Source: Squalus acanthias (taxonomy: Eukaryota). From it: a stretch of 64,000 nucleotides of DNA. This document shows, in pieces, positions 51,443 through 63,577 of the stretch; within the stretch, counting starts at the first letter, position 1; every line of letters starts with the position of its first letter. The notes under the pieces are model-generated. The model ran no database searches. It was not told the DNA's origin and saw only the letters and a program-made list of their open reading frames with translations. The position numbers and the translations under genes were made by a program. Location: positions 2,914,001 to 2,978,000 of the forward strand of contig CM059446.1 of assembly GCA_030390025.1 (NCBI GenBank). The letters are read 5' to 3'.

Positions 51443-51820
51443 AAAAATCTAGGCCAACACTCCAGTTCAGTGCTGAGGGAGTGCTGCACTGTCGGAAGAG
51501 CCGTCTTGGGATGAGAAGTTTAACCGAGGCCCCTTCTGCCCTTTCAGGTGGACATAAAAGATCCCACGCACTATTTCAAAGAAGAGCAGAGAAGTTCTTC
51601 CTGGTGTCCTGCCCAATATTTATCCCCCAACCAACATCTCTAAAAGCCTATTACCTGGCCATTATCTCATTGCTGTTTGTGGGAGCTTGCTGTGCACAAA
51701 TTGGCTGCTGGGTTTTCCTACATTACAACAGTGTCTACACTTCAAAAGTACTTAATTGATTACAACCGGCTTTGGGACTTCCCGAGGTTGTGAAAAGTGC
51801 TATAGAAATGCAAGTTTTTT
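51443..51820 (+). mobile_element. Deu-domain SINE
   Basis: Homologous to 47924-48360. Confidence 0.85.
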
Positions 51821-52059
51821 AGATTGAGTACATTACATACCTACCAAAACAGAGGCTCAGTGTGCCTGGTGATGGGACCCTTCTCCCACTTCCAGCCTCC
51901 GTCTCGGCAGCAACATTTCTTTCTTCCATTTTTTGATAATACTGGGGTCTCACTGAATTTTCCTCCCTTGTTCCTTCTTAAGCCTTAAAACTGTGGAATC
52001 TCTTTCCTCCCTTCATCTTACAATCTACAGACTTTTTAAAAAAAAAACAAGGCTGCTGT

Positions 52060-52283
52060 CATAAAGACAGAAGAGCAGGAATAGGCCATTCGGCCCCTCG
52101 AGCCTGCTCTGCCACCCAACAAGACCATGGCTGATCATCGACCTCAACTCCACTTTCCTGCCCGATCTCCACATCCCTCGATTCCCCTAGAGTCCAAAAA
52201 TCAATCTATCTCAGCCTTGAATATACTCAAAGACTCAGCATCCACAGCCCTCTGGAGCAGAGATTTCCAAAGATTCACAACCA
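52060..52283 (-). mobile_element. CR1 3' terminal fragment
   Basis: gagcaggaataggccattcggcccctcgagcctgctc...ccttgaatatactcaaagactcagcatccacagccctctgg. Confidence 0.88.
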
Positions 52284-52407
52284 TCTAGCTGGTGCTTGTT
52301 CATTTATTTTCTCGTGACTCCTACTCTCCTCAGCTTAGCTGTCATTTATTGTGGGCATCTGTTCTTTAATTGTTTTAAATTGGGAAACTTGGGTAGTGAT
52401 GAGAAGG

Positions 52408-52503
52408 AATAAAATCAGAAAATGCTGGAAATACTCAGCAGGCCAGGCAGCATCTGTGGAGAGAAATAGTTAACATTTCATATTGGTGGCCTTTCGTCAG
52501 AAC
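52408..52503. mobile_element. Left half of a Penelope-type palindromic repeat, interrupted by L2 (right half at 53568-53625)
   Basis: aaaatgctggaaatactcagcaggccaggcagcatctgtggagag...ttaac..., homologous to 186-420. Confidence 0.7.
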
Positions 52504-53492
52504 AACAACTTCTTGTATTCATATAGCGCCTTTAACATTGTAAAATGTCCCAAGGAGCTTCACCGGAGTGTTATCAAAGAGCATTCAACACCGAGCCACA
52601 AGAGGAGAAATTAGGGCAGGTGACCAAAAGCTTGGTCAAAGAGGTAGGTTTTAAGGAGCGTTTTAAAGGAGGAAAGAGAGGTGGAGAGGTTTAGGAAGGG
52701 GATTCCAGAGCTGAGGGCCCAGGCAACTGAAGGCACGGCCGCCAATGGTGGAGCGATTCAAATCAGGGATGCTCGAGGACAGAATTAGAGGAGCGCAGAG
52801 ATCTCGGGGCGTGGGGGATTGGTGAGATTGTGGAGCTGGAGGAGATTACAGAGATGGGGAGGAGCGAGGCCATGCAGGGATTTGAAAACAAGGATAAGAA
52901 TTTTGAAATCACGGCATTGCTTAACTGAGAGCCAATGTAGATCAGCGAGCACAGGGGAGATGGGTGAACGGGACTTGGTGCAAGTTAGGACACAGGCATC
53001 CGAATTTTGGATGACCTCAAGTTTACGTAGGGTGGAATGTGGGAGGCCAGCCAGGGGTGCGTTGGAATAGTCAAGTTTAGAGGTAACAAAGGCATGGATG
53101 AGGGTTTCAGCAGCAGATGAGCTGAGGCGGGAATAGGCAGTCTTTGTTATGCTGCGGATGTGTGGTCGGAAGCTCATTTCAGGGTCAAATATGACACCAA
53201 GGTTGCAAACTGTGGTTCAGCCTCGAGCAGATGCTAGGGAGAGGGATAGAGTCGGTGACTAGGGAACGGAGTTTGTAGCAGGGACTGAAAACAAACAATG
53301 GCTTCGGTTTTCTCAATATTTAATTGGAGAAAATTTCTGCTCATCTAGTACTGGAGGTCGGACAAGCAGTCTGACAATTTAGAGACAGTGGAGGGGTCGA
53401 GTGAAGTGGTGGTGAGGTAGAGCTGGGTGTGGTCAGCTTACATGTGGAAACTGACGCTGTGTTTTCGGATGATGTCGCCTAGGGGCAGCATG
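52503..53492 (-). mobile_element. L2 LINE 3' about 1 kb
   Basis: 130-aa minus-strand ORF AETLIHAFVTSKLDYSNA..LAGLP...LHWL...FKILILVFKSLHGLAP; ends in a (CAA)n-like tail. Confidence 0.92.
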
Positions 53493-53949
53493 TTCAACCT
53501 GCTGTTTGCCTTCAGCTGAGTCTTTCAGATCATAAAGCTCTTCTGAGGTTGAAGTTGAAATGAATGGAAGAGGTCACCAACCTGAAACGTTAACTCTGTA
53601 GCATCTGCAGTATCTTGCTTTTGTAATGGTGAGATGGAGACAGCTTTCATTGTGTCAGATGGACAGCCGCCATATGAAATGTTGTACATTTCTTGGAGCA
53701 GTGGTATTACTCCATGATAAATGTTTCCATGTCATCTTAGTATTCTGTTATCTATAACGGGCTGAATTTCTGTGAAATATTCTCAAATGTACAAGTTTAT
53801 TTCAATACCGACGTCAATTCAAAAGTAATGAAACTGAACTCCTAGTGTGTGCTTCTGCTTGGTCCTCCCACTCAGCTGGTTCACTCTGTGTGTCACAAAT
53901 TACTAGCTTGATATCTGATCAACAAAAAATATGATGTAGTATGGATGAA

Positions 53950-54320
53950 CAACCCAGGGGTCAGGAGATTAAATCTCGCCATGGCAAATTGCGAAGTTGA
54001 ATTTAATAAATCTGTCCGTTTGTGGACTGGCATCAGAAAATGGCAATGAAGGTTGCCTGATTGTTATAAAAACCCAACGAGTTCACTAATGTCCTTGAGG
54101 GAAAGGATCTGCCACTTGACCAAGTATGCCCTACATGTGACTCTAATATCACACTCGGTGATTGATTTTTAATGTCCCCTGAAGTGACCCAGTTAAGCCA
54201 CTGACTTGTAAAAGTCATCACAGGATAAAGGCCCATCATCACCACCTCAGGGCAGCTGGGGATGGACGATAAAGGTGGTCTTGCTCGTGTCATCGTTATC
54301 CCGAGACTGAATATAAAAAA
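53950..54320 (+). mobile_element. SINE, same family as 1940-2178
   Basis: aaaaccc..gttcactaatgtcct.gagggaaaggatctgcc...cctacatgtgactc and the LINE-shared tail. Confidence 0.65.
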
Positions 54321-55454
54321 ACCATCAATTCCTTTGTGTTCCCAAACAGTTTTTTGTATAATGCCTCCCTTGTACAGCAAGTGCTAGTACCTGCTTTAGA
54401 GCAGTGCGAGCTGGTCATACTGAGTTATACCATGGTCCCTGGAAAAGGAAACCGCTGTGTGTAGATATTTGCATGATTCCTCCACAGCTACCCAATTGCT
54501 GGTAAAATTGTTCATGTTAGGAAAGAGCTAATGAGATAAGTTAGCTGTTTAACATTGGAAGTTTTTTTTAAAACTTGCCTTGTAGTGGTTTTGGGTAGAC
54601 TTAATGCAGTGTGAAGCCAAGGCAGTGCGAAACTGCTGCAATGTAGGCTTAAGATTGCTGTAGCTACACTGCTGATTCTGCAATGATTCAGTGTGGGCAT
54701 TCCCATCAAATTCATGCCTTGTACAACCCCCACCCCTTAAAATGTCCACATTTAAACCTGGCAGCTGGTTATATTGGCCAAAATTCAGTAATCATTAGCC
54801 ATTTGCATTAACATCAATTTCAAAGTTATCTTAAATGTTCCATTTAATTCAGGCAGAAACAACTGCTTACACGGCTGTGATAATGCGAGTTAAGTACACA
54901 TGAAAAACTGATGCATGTTTTTAATATTTAATAAAAGTAACACCATGCACAATAATCCCAGCAGCTGAAATTTAGTGCCCTAATTAGGTGTTTAGGTTGT
55001 TTCAACGGTTGTTTGGTGAAGGAGTTGAGATTTTTTCCCTCTCTGGATCTTGCAGAGCAGAGATGCTCTACCTGGCAATGGCTTGTTTCTGAATGACGGG
55101 CTCTCATGGCTGCGGCCGGGGAGCGTTTGGCATTGCGGAGTTCAGGTCCTTGGTCAGGTCCAGGAGCCGGGAAGTTCGTTCAGGTCGTGGCTCAGTGGAG
55201 TTGCGGATACTGACCGGCGATAACATTATTGTTCTTTAGCACTACCACCTTATGCTGGCCATCATGTATAGCGGGCAAATCATCTTCACAGGAATGCGCC
55301 TGCTACAAGCGGTGGGTACTGTACTATCATTGACCCCCGAGTTAATTTTCAATTGCTAAGTTGGAGCTGCTGGTAATGCGTTTTTCAGAATAAAGAGCGT
55401 TCAAAGAACACCAGGTATACAACCAAGTACTCTTCACACAAAATTAACAATGTT

Positions 55455-55602
55455 CTACTTCCACTTGTTAACTCTTGCAAGTTGTATGAATGCCAGGAAC
55501 AAGAATATTGTCATTATACATAGAAGTGCAACTTCATTTTGCCAGAAGCCCCAGGTGCTGTAATCGATACCTTGCTCAATCATGTAGATCTCTCCAGGGA
55601 TC
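55455..55602 (-). CDS. ABCG2-like last coding exon (IPGEIYMIEQGIDYSTWGFWQNEVALL...VNKWK*)
   Basis: ttgcag acceptor, 148 nt to the TAG stop. Confidence 0.94.
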
Positions 55603-56084
55603 CTGCAAAATACAGAACATGGATCACAGGAGGAATTGGACAAACCAATTGGATATTAGTCCGACGTGTAAGTAAGCAAAATGTTTTAAAAATTACCAAA
55701 ACAGTACATATCCCCATGGGCAATATTTAACACCCAGTCTACTGCCACATCCCTTATGAAATAAGTGCCCTTCCTGAATACATTTTTTTGATCTGGATTA
55801 ATTCCACATTAACTGTCAATTGCATTCATTATTTTCTGCACCTATAAGATCACATCCCGTGATCCCATCTGTCGGCAATATAACCCAAGCTCCTTCTCTC
55901 AACCAACTGCCTTGTGTTCAACTATAGCAGACTTTGTAAATCACTGCTTTGATTTGGGGCTTAGCCTGCAATGTGTTAAATGGGAATTGATGCCCACATT
56001 AGCAAGGGTATCTTGGAGAACTCCGCAACAATTCACCAGGATGGGATCAAGACAATTGGGTCATATTGACCAGCTGTGAGAATG

Positions 56085-56350
56085 TGATCAGATTGAGATG
56101 TTTAAAATAATGAATGGAATAGACAGCGTTGATAGGAAATTACTCTACCCTCTTGTGGGGGAGTCCAGAATGTGAGATAATAAAATTTAAGAAAATAAAT
56201 CCAGAAAAATGTGTTCATACTAAGGATTGCAAGGATGTGGAATCCACTATTTCCAATAGTGATAGAGGCAACTTTGATTGAGGTGTTCAGAAGGGAGATA
56301 CTTGAGAAGTATGGGGATATGGAAAAAGAGCAGAGAATTGGGATTGAAAA
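56085..56350 (+). mobile_element. Degraded CR1 3' fragment
   Basis: gtgatcagattgagatgtttaaaataatgaatggaatagacagcgttgatagg...ggggagtccagaa. Confidence 0.65.
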
Positions 56351-56437
56351 GATAGAGCTGTCATTACTAACAAAATCTAGCCTGAACTAATTGTGATTTT
56401 CCATTTCCTGTATGTCATGAAACAAGTAGCTCGTTAA

Positions 56438-56807
56438 AAAGAAAGACTTACATTTATATAATATTTTTCACAACCTGAGGACGTCCCAAAGCAATGAAGT
56501 ACTTTCTGAAGTGTAGTCACAGTTGTAATGTAGGAAATGCGGCAGTCAATTTGCGCACAGCAAGCTCCCACAAAGAGCAATGTGATAAGGACCAGATAAT
56601 TTTGTTTAGTATTTTGGTTGAGGGATAAATTTTGACCAGGCACTGGGGAGAACGCCCCTGCTCTTTTTTGAAATCGTGGCGTGGGATCTTTCACATCCAG
56701 TTGAGAGGGACAGACGGGGCCTCAGTTTAACATCTCATCCGAAAGACAGCACCTCCGACAATGCAGCACTCCCTCGGTACTGCACTAGAGTGCCAGCCTA
56801 GATTTTG
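56438..56807 (-). mobile_element. Deu-domain SINE
   Basis: Homologous to 3409-3833. Confidence 0.87.
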
Positions 56808-57478
56808 TTAAAAATTATGATATGTATGTATCTGAAAAGAACAATGACAAGGGCAGATGGCTTATGGAATTGATGCTGGAAGTACGGAAAGACTTGAAGA
56901 TGTTGCTTTGGCAGAAACCAACAGCTTTCCCATAAATTTATTCTTCACCAATCCTGATGCAACAAGTCTTGGTAGACCGTGCCTTTCAAGTTTTTGGTAC
57001 AAGGGAACTGAATATTTGTAACAGAAGAGAGTTTGAAACCACTTTGACCAGTGTTGTCCAATAGAACTTGCTGATTAAGCACAGGTGTAGCTATGACAAC
57101 ACAGTTTTTTAATCACAAGCACTAATTTTAGTTTTTTTTTAAATGCCTCACACACAAATGCAATACAGGTAAATAAATGTAATTCATGTGTACAATTCAT
57201 TAAACATCTATCACCATTCAGTAACCAAGGAAGTAAAGCCCTCAACGATCGAAACACACACACTGCTTTTCATCTCATTTAACCTACAAATGTATAAAAA
57301 GGTTAAGGTTCACGTGCACAAGTGTCTTACTCATTTTTTATTTACTAATCAGAAATGCAATTTGCCACATTTGGATTCCCAATTAGTGACGTGGCTACTG
57401 GCTAACATATTGGGCAACACAGTGATTTTTTTTAAATTAAAAACATTGTTTCAATCAGTTTAAAAACAATGTACTCAC

Positions 57479-57531
57479 ACTGTTGAATTCGTATAAAATA
57501 TTTGTCCTTTTAGTTCGTTGATTGTTAGTGC
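57479..57531 (-). CDS. ABCG2-like exon, ECL3 (ALTINELKGQIFYTNST)
   Basis: ccatag acceptor, gtgagt donor, 53 nt, phase 0-2. Confidence 0.88.
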
Positions 57532-58428
57532 CTATGGAAAGATGGATAAAATGAATCATTAATGTTTATCCATACCTATACTGTTTCAATGGATGTAGTT
57601 ACTTTGATTAAGGTTTTAAAACTAAATCTTTATGGCCTTTACTAAAGTACATGGAGCACCTTTGATTTTTACAGTGGCAGTTCTAGGTTGGGCTCAATGA
57701 GCATCTTTGTTTGTCTTATTGCTCATGTGCCTATCTTACCTTCCCTAATTAAGTGAGTGGGCACCATTGTCTCTTTTTATACTTTCCCCAATTAAAACCC
57801 AAGGAGCAAACTTGGCATCATGTTTCCATGCCATCTGGGGTTCTATTACCCGTACCCTCAAGTGGCACAGTCACAGGCTGTGTCTCACCACAGGTTTTCA
57901 ATCAACAGCACATGTAATAGCAAATAATATCTACTTGTTGCTATTTGGCCTCAACCTGCTTTATACATTTGCTCCCTATGCTTCTATCTCCAGTCCCCCC
58001 AACCCCATCAATGTGCTTTTGAATCTTGCCCTCCTTCTGTGTTTCCAAGACTTCCTCAGCTCTCTTGCTGTGGCTCGCTACCCCCCCCCCCCCCTCCCAA
58101 CCACCTGAACGTGCTTCAGCTTCTGAACAATCATCCCTATTCGCTACCCTTGTTCTGGCCTTGATTTCAAGGTGGCCTGCCCACAGGGCTTTTGCCAACT
58201 TGCTCGGAATACTTGGACAGAAATGTTTGGTGCCTTCTCAAAGTGGCACAGCTGAGATTGGTAACTTGCTGTGTGAATGTGTGAAGGATCAAGGGATCCA
58301 AGTGTCATTTTACCTCCGCACAATGGGATTCCAGCAAACTGTGCCACCACCCAATCTCATGTTTTTACAGTCTTGATCCCGGAACCCACATTCACACCTA
58401 TTCTAAAGTTTAAAAAAAAGTTTCTTAC

Positions 58429-58518
58429 ATTCAACCCGTAACGGAATATACTGATCCACTTCAACCACGAAAGCCACTGCAACATTCCGTTTAAGTTCAC
58501 CAGAAAACCTCCAAAAAC
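58429..58518 (-). CDS. ABCG2-like exon (VFGGFLVNLNGMLQWLSWLKWISIFRYGLN)
   Basis: ttgtag acceptor, gtaaga donor, 90 nt, phase 0-0. Confidence 0.94.
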
Positions 58519-58612
58519 CTACAAACACAAATGGGCTGTTGTTCAGTGCTACCGAACGGATAACTGAGACCAGTAGAAAGTATAGGGAAATGGATCAAAA
58601 ACAGGTTCTTAC

Positions 58613-58767
58613 CATCATGAAGACGAATGGGACGGCGATCAGGCCATTAGCTATTGCAGAGGTGCTGACACTTGCACTCACCAGGAAGGCCAGACTCACC
58701 GCCGACAAACTGGTGAGGCTGAGAGTCAGGCAGAACAGGAAAAAAGACCCGACGTCTAGTTTTAACC
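58613..58767 (-). CDS. ABCG2-like exon, TM4-5 (LKLDVGSFFLFCLTLSLTSLSAVSLAFLVSASVSTSAIANGLIAVPFVFMM)
   Basis: acacag acceptor, gtaaga donor, 155 nt, phase 1-0. Confidence 0.93.
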
Positions 58768-59755
58768 CTGTGTTGAAAACATTGAAAATGCATTGCGCAG
58801 TGTTAATGACAAACTATTTTCATAAACTATTTCAAATAGGAGGGCAACTGGTTTTGTTAAAACAAAGGAATTCTGCAGAAGTACGTTATTGTGTTCGCTA
58901 TCTGTATCACAGGGCACTTTTGGTGAGGTTTGGGAAGAATATTTGGTTGATTACAGTAATTGACTAGGTGGCTTACTGCAAGTGGGGTGTGAAACCCACT
59001 GCGATTTCCAATCATTCCCAACGCACCAACATTAAAATGCCTTCCTAGAATTTGAAATGAACACTGGCCAAGCTTGACCGAGACAATCTCACTGAGCAAA
59101 AGACGAGTGACAGTGTGAACGTGCCTGGTCTCATTGGGCCAGATTGCATTAGAGAACCCTTGAGCACTCATTGCATTGTGATGGTACACATCACAGTAGT
59201 GTGAAAAATATAATTTAATATATACAGTGAATATCAGTCCTGCCAACCTTCAGTGTGCAACAGTAATGAAATAATCATTTAAAGTCACAAGTTTTGGTGA
59301 AAAAATGAGATTGAATTGTTAAGCAACATGGATCACACTTGTAATCTTAGGATCATGCCCCTTTTCTAACTTTTTATGAGTGACCTTTTCTCTCAATATG
59401 TTTACAGCCCAATATTTTTATGCAATGTACTGTGTCTGATGTTCAATGAGGCACAGAGGAGGGAAGTAAAGGTTGCAAAAGTAGAGTGAGTGAGAGAGAG
59501 AGACTAGATTATTAAGGAGACAGGAGAAACAACGAAAAAGAACTGCAAAGCGGGTGAGAGAGCTAGAGATTGCAGAGAAGTGAGATGGAATGAGAAATGC
59601 CAAAAGAGATAGAGATAACTGCAGAAATGGTGAAGGAGGAGGGATGGACATCAGAGTGTGGTAGTTGAGGTAAAGCAAAGTTAACTCAGGAGTAGGGGGA
59701 GGGATGATTCTTACCCGAAGTTGGTTAATGTGGAGAAGCAAAATGACAAATACAG

Positions 59756-59886
59756 GGGGTGAAATTGGTCTTGGGCGCTAGTGCAAAATGGGCCTTGGTG
59801 AATTGGCAGCCCGGTTTACAAACTGCCCGATCTTCTGTTCCATTGAAACGGGTTTTGTGCTCCCAGCCCAAGAACAATTTCACCCC
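59756..59886. mobile_element. Short MITE with 21-bp terminal inverted repeats
   Basis: GGGGTGAAATTGGTCTTGGGC ... GCCCAAGAACAATTTCACCCC (20/21 match). Confidence 0.7.
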
Positions 59887-60294
59887 ATAAAATCTGAAAT
59901 CAAAAGTAATAAATCTAATAAATCTACAGCAACCGCTCCATGTGTGCTCTACACGGAAAGCCAATGCAAACTGAGCATGCCTAGAGGTTTCACACTTCAC
60001 ATTCATCCAACTTTGAGCAATTAATCCGAGTGCATGAGTAGTCAATAGATAAAAGTCAAAGTTATGATTTTTGTGATAAAATCAGGCAACTTGACCACTA
60101 ATATTTGCCCATTAATGTAGAAACTATGATTTATTTCACCAATAATTGCCCCATTGAGACAGTGGAACAAGGGAGAGGGGATGGAGAACTGGAAAAGGTT
60201 CAGGCCAAGTAGCCCTAAGACTGGACAGCAATTAGTGACAGTTTGGCACCGAGAATGCAAAAGGTCATTATGTTAACCAGCACCACCAAAACCC

Positions 60295-60462
60295 ACTATC
60301 TGGTCATTCATTCATTTGCTGTTTCTAGGCCCCTATGGGCAAAATGGTCACCAAGTTTGCCCACATAAGTGACTGCACTTCAGAAGTAATTAATTGGTTG
60401 TAAAATGCTTTAGGATATCCTAACGTGATAAGGTGCTGTAAAAATGCTAGTTTTTTCTTTCT
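60295..60462 (+). mobile_element. Deu-SINE 3' fragment
   Basis: tatctggtcatt...gtgactgcacttcagaagtaattaattggttgtaaaatgcttt...aggtgctgtaaaaatgc. Confidence 0.65.
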
Positions 60463-60635
60463 TAGACCAAACTCTAACACAGAAGTTAATCAGAGACATC
60501 CTAGTAATAGCTTTATATGATCTCAATCCCTTGATTAGAATACTCCACAGTATTTATCCCCAGGTATCCATTATTGAATAAATAAGACTTCTAAATATTC
60601 TTCCATTACTGTCTAGAATTGAACTGAGGTATCAG

Positions 60636-60882
60636 AAGAACATAAGACGTAGGAGCAGGAGTAGGTCATTTGGCCCCTCGAGCCTGCTCTGCTATTCAAT
60701 AAGATCATGGCTGATCTGATCCACTTCCCTGCCCACTCCCCATAACCCTTGACTCCCTTATCGTTCAAAAATCTATCTATCTCTACCTTAAATATATTCA
60801 ATGACCCAGCCTCCACAGCTCTCTGGGGAAGAGAATTCCACAGATTCATGACCCTCCGAGAAGAAATTCCTCCTCATTTCCG
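60636..60882 (-). mobile_element. CR1 3' terminal fragment, young
   Basis: Minus-strand NLWNSLPQRAVEAGSLNIFKVEIDRFL plus 3' UTR. Confidence 0.9.
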
Positions 60883-61079
60883 ATTCAGTTGTTATATATT
60901 AATAAAAGTAAGGAATCAGTCTAGTTGGTCTCATGCTTTTTCTCTGTATGGTCAAGCTTGCCTGCAGACAGGTAAAGTCTGGTTAGATTGCAGCACTGTT
61001 GTGTAGTTATTAATTATAACTTATTTTGATGACGGGCAGTGTTCAAATTGCTTTGTGCGAAAGGTACTGAGACACTTAC

Positions 61080-61204
61080 CCATCATAAAGTAGGAAATCG
61101 ATCCAAGAACAAGAACTGGGATGATGCGATTGGGTATCAGATCGGCAAAGATCTTGGCCAGGAAGTATACTGAAGTCCGATAATAACCGCTCGCCTTTTC
61201 ATGT
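61080..61204 (-). CDS. ABCG2-like exon, TM3 (HEKASGYYRTSVYFLAKIFADLIPNRIIPVLVLGSISYFMM)
   Basis: tatcag acceptor, gtaagt donor, 125 nt, phase 2-1; the R482-equivalent Arg is present. Confidence 0.94.
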
Positions 61205-61723
61205 CTGATAAAAGAATTGGAATTAAAACGATGGCTCAGATTGCGAGGAATAACATGGTGGGATTTGAGTGTCAAAATAATTAATAGAACATAGGTTTTC
61301 ATAGTAAAATAATTAATAGACCACAAGTGACCTCTGCCACCACATTCATTGCACATTGTTTTTGCATTGCTATATAATAATTAAATCAATCCTTCAGTGA
61401 TTTTGCTGCTTTCCTTTGGATAGCCAACATCGCGGGCAATTTTAACCTGCCCGCCTGGCCGGAATCTGACTTCAAAGAAAAGTAAAATCAGGCAGGGTGT
61501 AAAAAGGCCTGCCCAGTCTGGGTGGCGGTGCTGCTACCGCCACACACTGCTCACTGGGGAGGAACACGTTACATGCTTGCAGTGCCAGTTGTTATTGTGA
61601 ATCAGTTCATCTGCTAGCGTGCTTTCGGGATCAGTTTGGTTTTGGCACTAGTTTGATAAAGCAGGGAACGGGACTCCCTCATTTTGATTCATTAAATACT
61701 GGGGAATATACTTAGCTGCGTAC

Positions 61724-61813
61724 ATGAATAGTGCTTTTTCTTGTATGAAGAGTTGCACAGCAGAAAGGTTGCCAAAAACCTGATTGATTATCAAGAAGAA
61801 GAATGCGCCAATT
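61724..61813 (-). CDS. ABCG2-like exon, TM2 (IGAFFFLIINQVFGNLSAVQLFIQEKALFI)
   Basis: tttcag acceptor, gtacgc donor, 90 nt, phase 2-2. Confidence 0.92.
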
Positions 61814-62463
61814 CTGAAATCAAAAAATATACACGAGACTTAATAGTAAGGTAAATATTAGATAGAAATTATACTGTTAGTGTAGACTCCTGGTGCAATA
61901 CACACGTCGATCCCACACACTATCACAGCAGAGTTTTACACCTGCAATGCACTTCTGAGCTCGGCTATGTTTGTGTGAGCAGGGGAGGTCACAAGTGGAG
62001 GGAAAGGTTTCTTGGGCGAGTCGCTTTCGGTAACCGGCTCTCCGGTGCGATTGGCAGTACCACTGGAGCAAGCCACGCGCCCGCCGCCTCCATGGCATTG
62101 CTTTGCACTTTCAACTCCCCACCTGCTGAGTTCCTGATCTCTAGCTTGCCAGGAGGAGACTCGGAGAAGCGAGCAGCAAGTTCCCTAAAGACAAGGGGGG
62201 GAAATAAAATAGCGAATCACACAGGACCACTCTCTGAGTGGGTGTTTAGGGGGAAGTCACTAACTGGTGCTTGGGGATATTTTATCTGCTCAATCTATTG
62301 AGTTGGGTTTGGCTATATAGAGCATAGAGACTCAATAGAGGCAAACAGGGAACTAAAACACCAAAAAAGTAACCCGAGATCAATCAGAAATGCCATAATT
62401 GATAGTGTTGAATGAAATCCATGTAATAGTGTGTGGATTCAGCTATTCCTGTATTTCTCCCAC

Positions 62464-62615
62464 CTGTTCTGCAAAGCTTCTGGCATTGTGTGTGGTATTT
62501 GATAATATATAAGTCCATTCAATATGCCAAAGAATATCATCATGAACACTTGAACCAATGAGGTGTCTGGGTTTCTCAAGAAGTTCTTGATGGTGCGACC
62601 GCACATTATGTACAG
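62464..62615 (-). CDS. ABCG2-like exon (LYIMCGRTIKNFLRNP...TM1...EALQNR)
   Basis: ctttcag acceptor, gtggga donor, 152 nt, phase 0-2. Confidence 0.92.
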
Positions 62616-62859
62616 CTGAAAGTACAAGTATTAACAATGACTGCATCGGGTAAACTCAACAAGGAAACACACAAACAATGATGCCGCCTGTCACAACTTG
62701 CTGGATTTGCACTGAATGTTCTCCTGGGTTCAGTATGCAGGTCACTCCCAGATTTCAACTACCGAGTTGTTAATCGAAGTTACTCCCACAAGTCAATGTG
62801 TAAGTCGGAGGCTCCTGGATATCAGTCTTGGTTAAGCACTTGGCTTTACAAATTACATG

Positions 62860-63160
62860 GACTATACAGCACAGAAACAGGCAATTTGGCCCAACTGGTC
62901 CGTGCCGGTGTTTATGCTCCACACGAGCCTCCTCCCACCACTCTTCATCTCGCCCTATCAGCATATCCTTCTATTCCTTTTTCCCTCATGTGTTTATCTA
63001 GCTTCACCCTTAAATGTATCTCTGCTGTTTGCCTCAACCACTCCCTGTGGTAGCGAGTTCCACATTCTCACCACTCTCTGGGTAAAGAAGTTTCTCCTGA
63101 ATTCCCCATTGGATTTATTCGTGACTATCTTATATTTTGTTGCCTAGTTTTGGACTAATC
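62860..63160 (-). mobile_element. CR1 3' terminal fragment
   Basis: acagcacagaaacaggcaatttggccc...gagttccacattctcaccactctctgggtaaagaagtttctcct. Confidence 0.85.
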
Positions 63161-63235
63161 TTCTCACAGTGGCATTAACCGTGTGAGATTGTAGATAACA
63201 ATTATCCCATTAAATTGCTGATTAACACTTCAAAG

Positions 63236-63340
63236 AAAGAAAAGGCTTGCATTTCTATAGCACCTTTTACGACATCAGGACGAGCCAAAGTGCTTTACAG
63301 CAAATGAAATACTTTTGAAATCTAGTCATTGTTGTAATAG
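63236..63340 (-). mobile_element. Deu-SINE tail fragment
   Basis: cttgcatttctatagcacctttt...aaagtgctttacagc...tagtcattgttgtaat. Confidence 0.65.
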
Positions 63341-63577
63341 TCATTGCTGAGACTAATTTCAGACTGCTGGCTTATTTTGGAGATAAAAATGTTGTGTGCA
63401 GCCTTGGAAATTAACTGCCGATCGGCTGAATTTAACATCACAAACATTATATCATTTAAAATATGCCGCTCAAGCAACATGGATACAATTAAATGCATCA
63501 CAATAAGTTTTGTTGCACTAACTGTTGCATTTAATATTACATGTAACAGGAAAAAAACACAAGACATTTGCATCTAC

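Noticed and set aside
58539-58967. 142-aa + strand ORF
   Set aside because: Antisense shadow of the ABCG2-like exon at 58613-58767.
61930-62200. CpG island promoter (also 55040-55330 and 61430-61560)
   Set aside because: Short GC-rich patches within introns or UTR that look like decayed DNA-transposon remnants; ends could not be defined, so they were not annotated.
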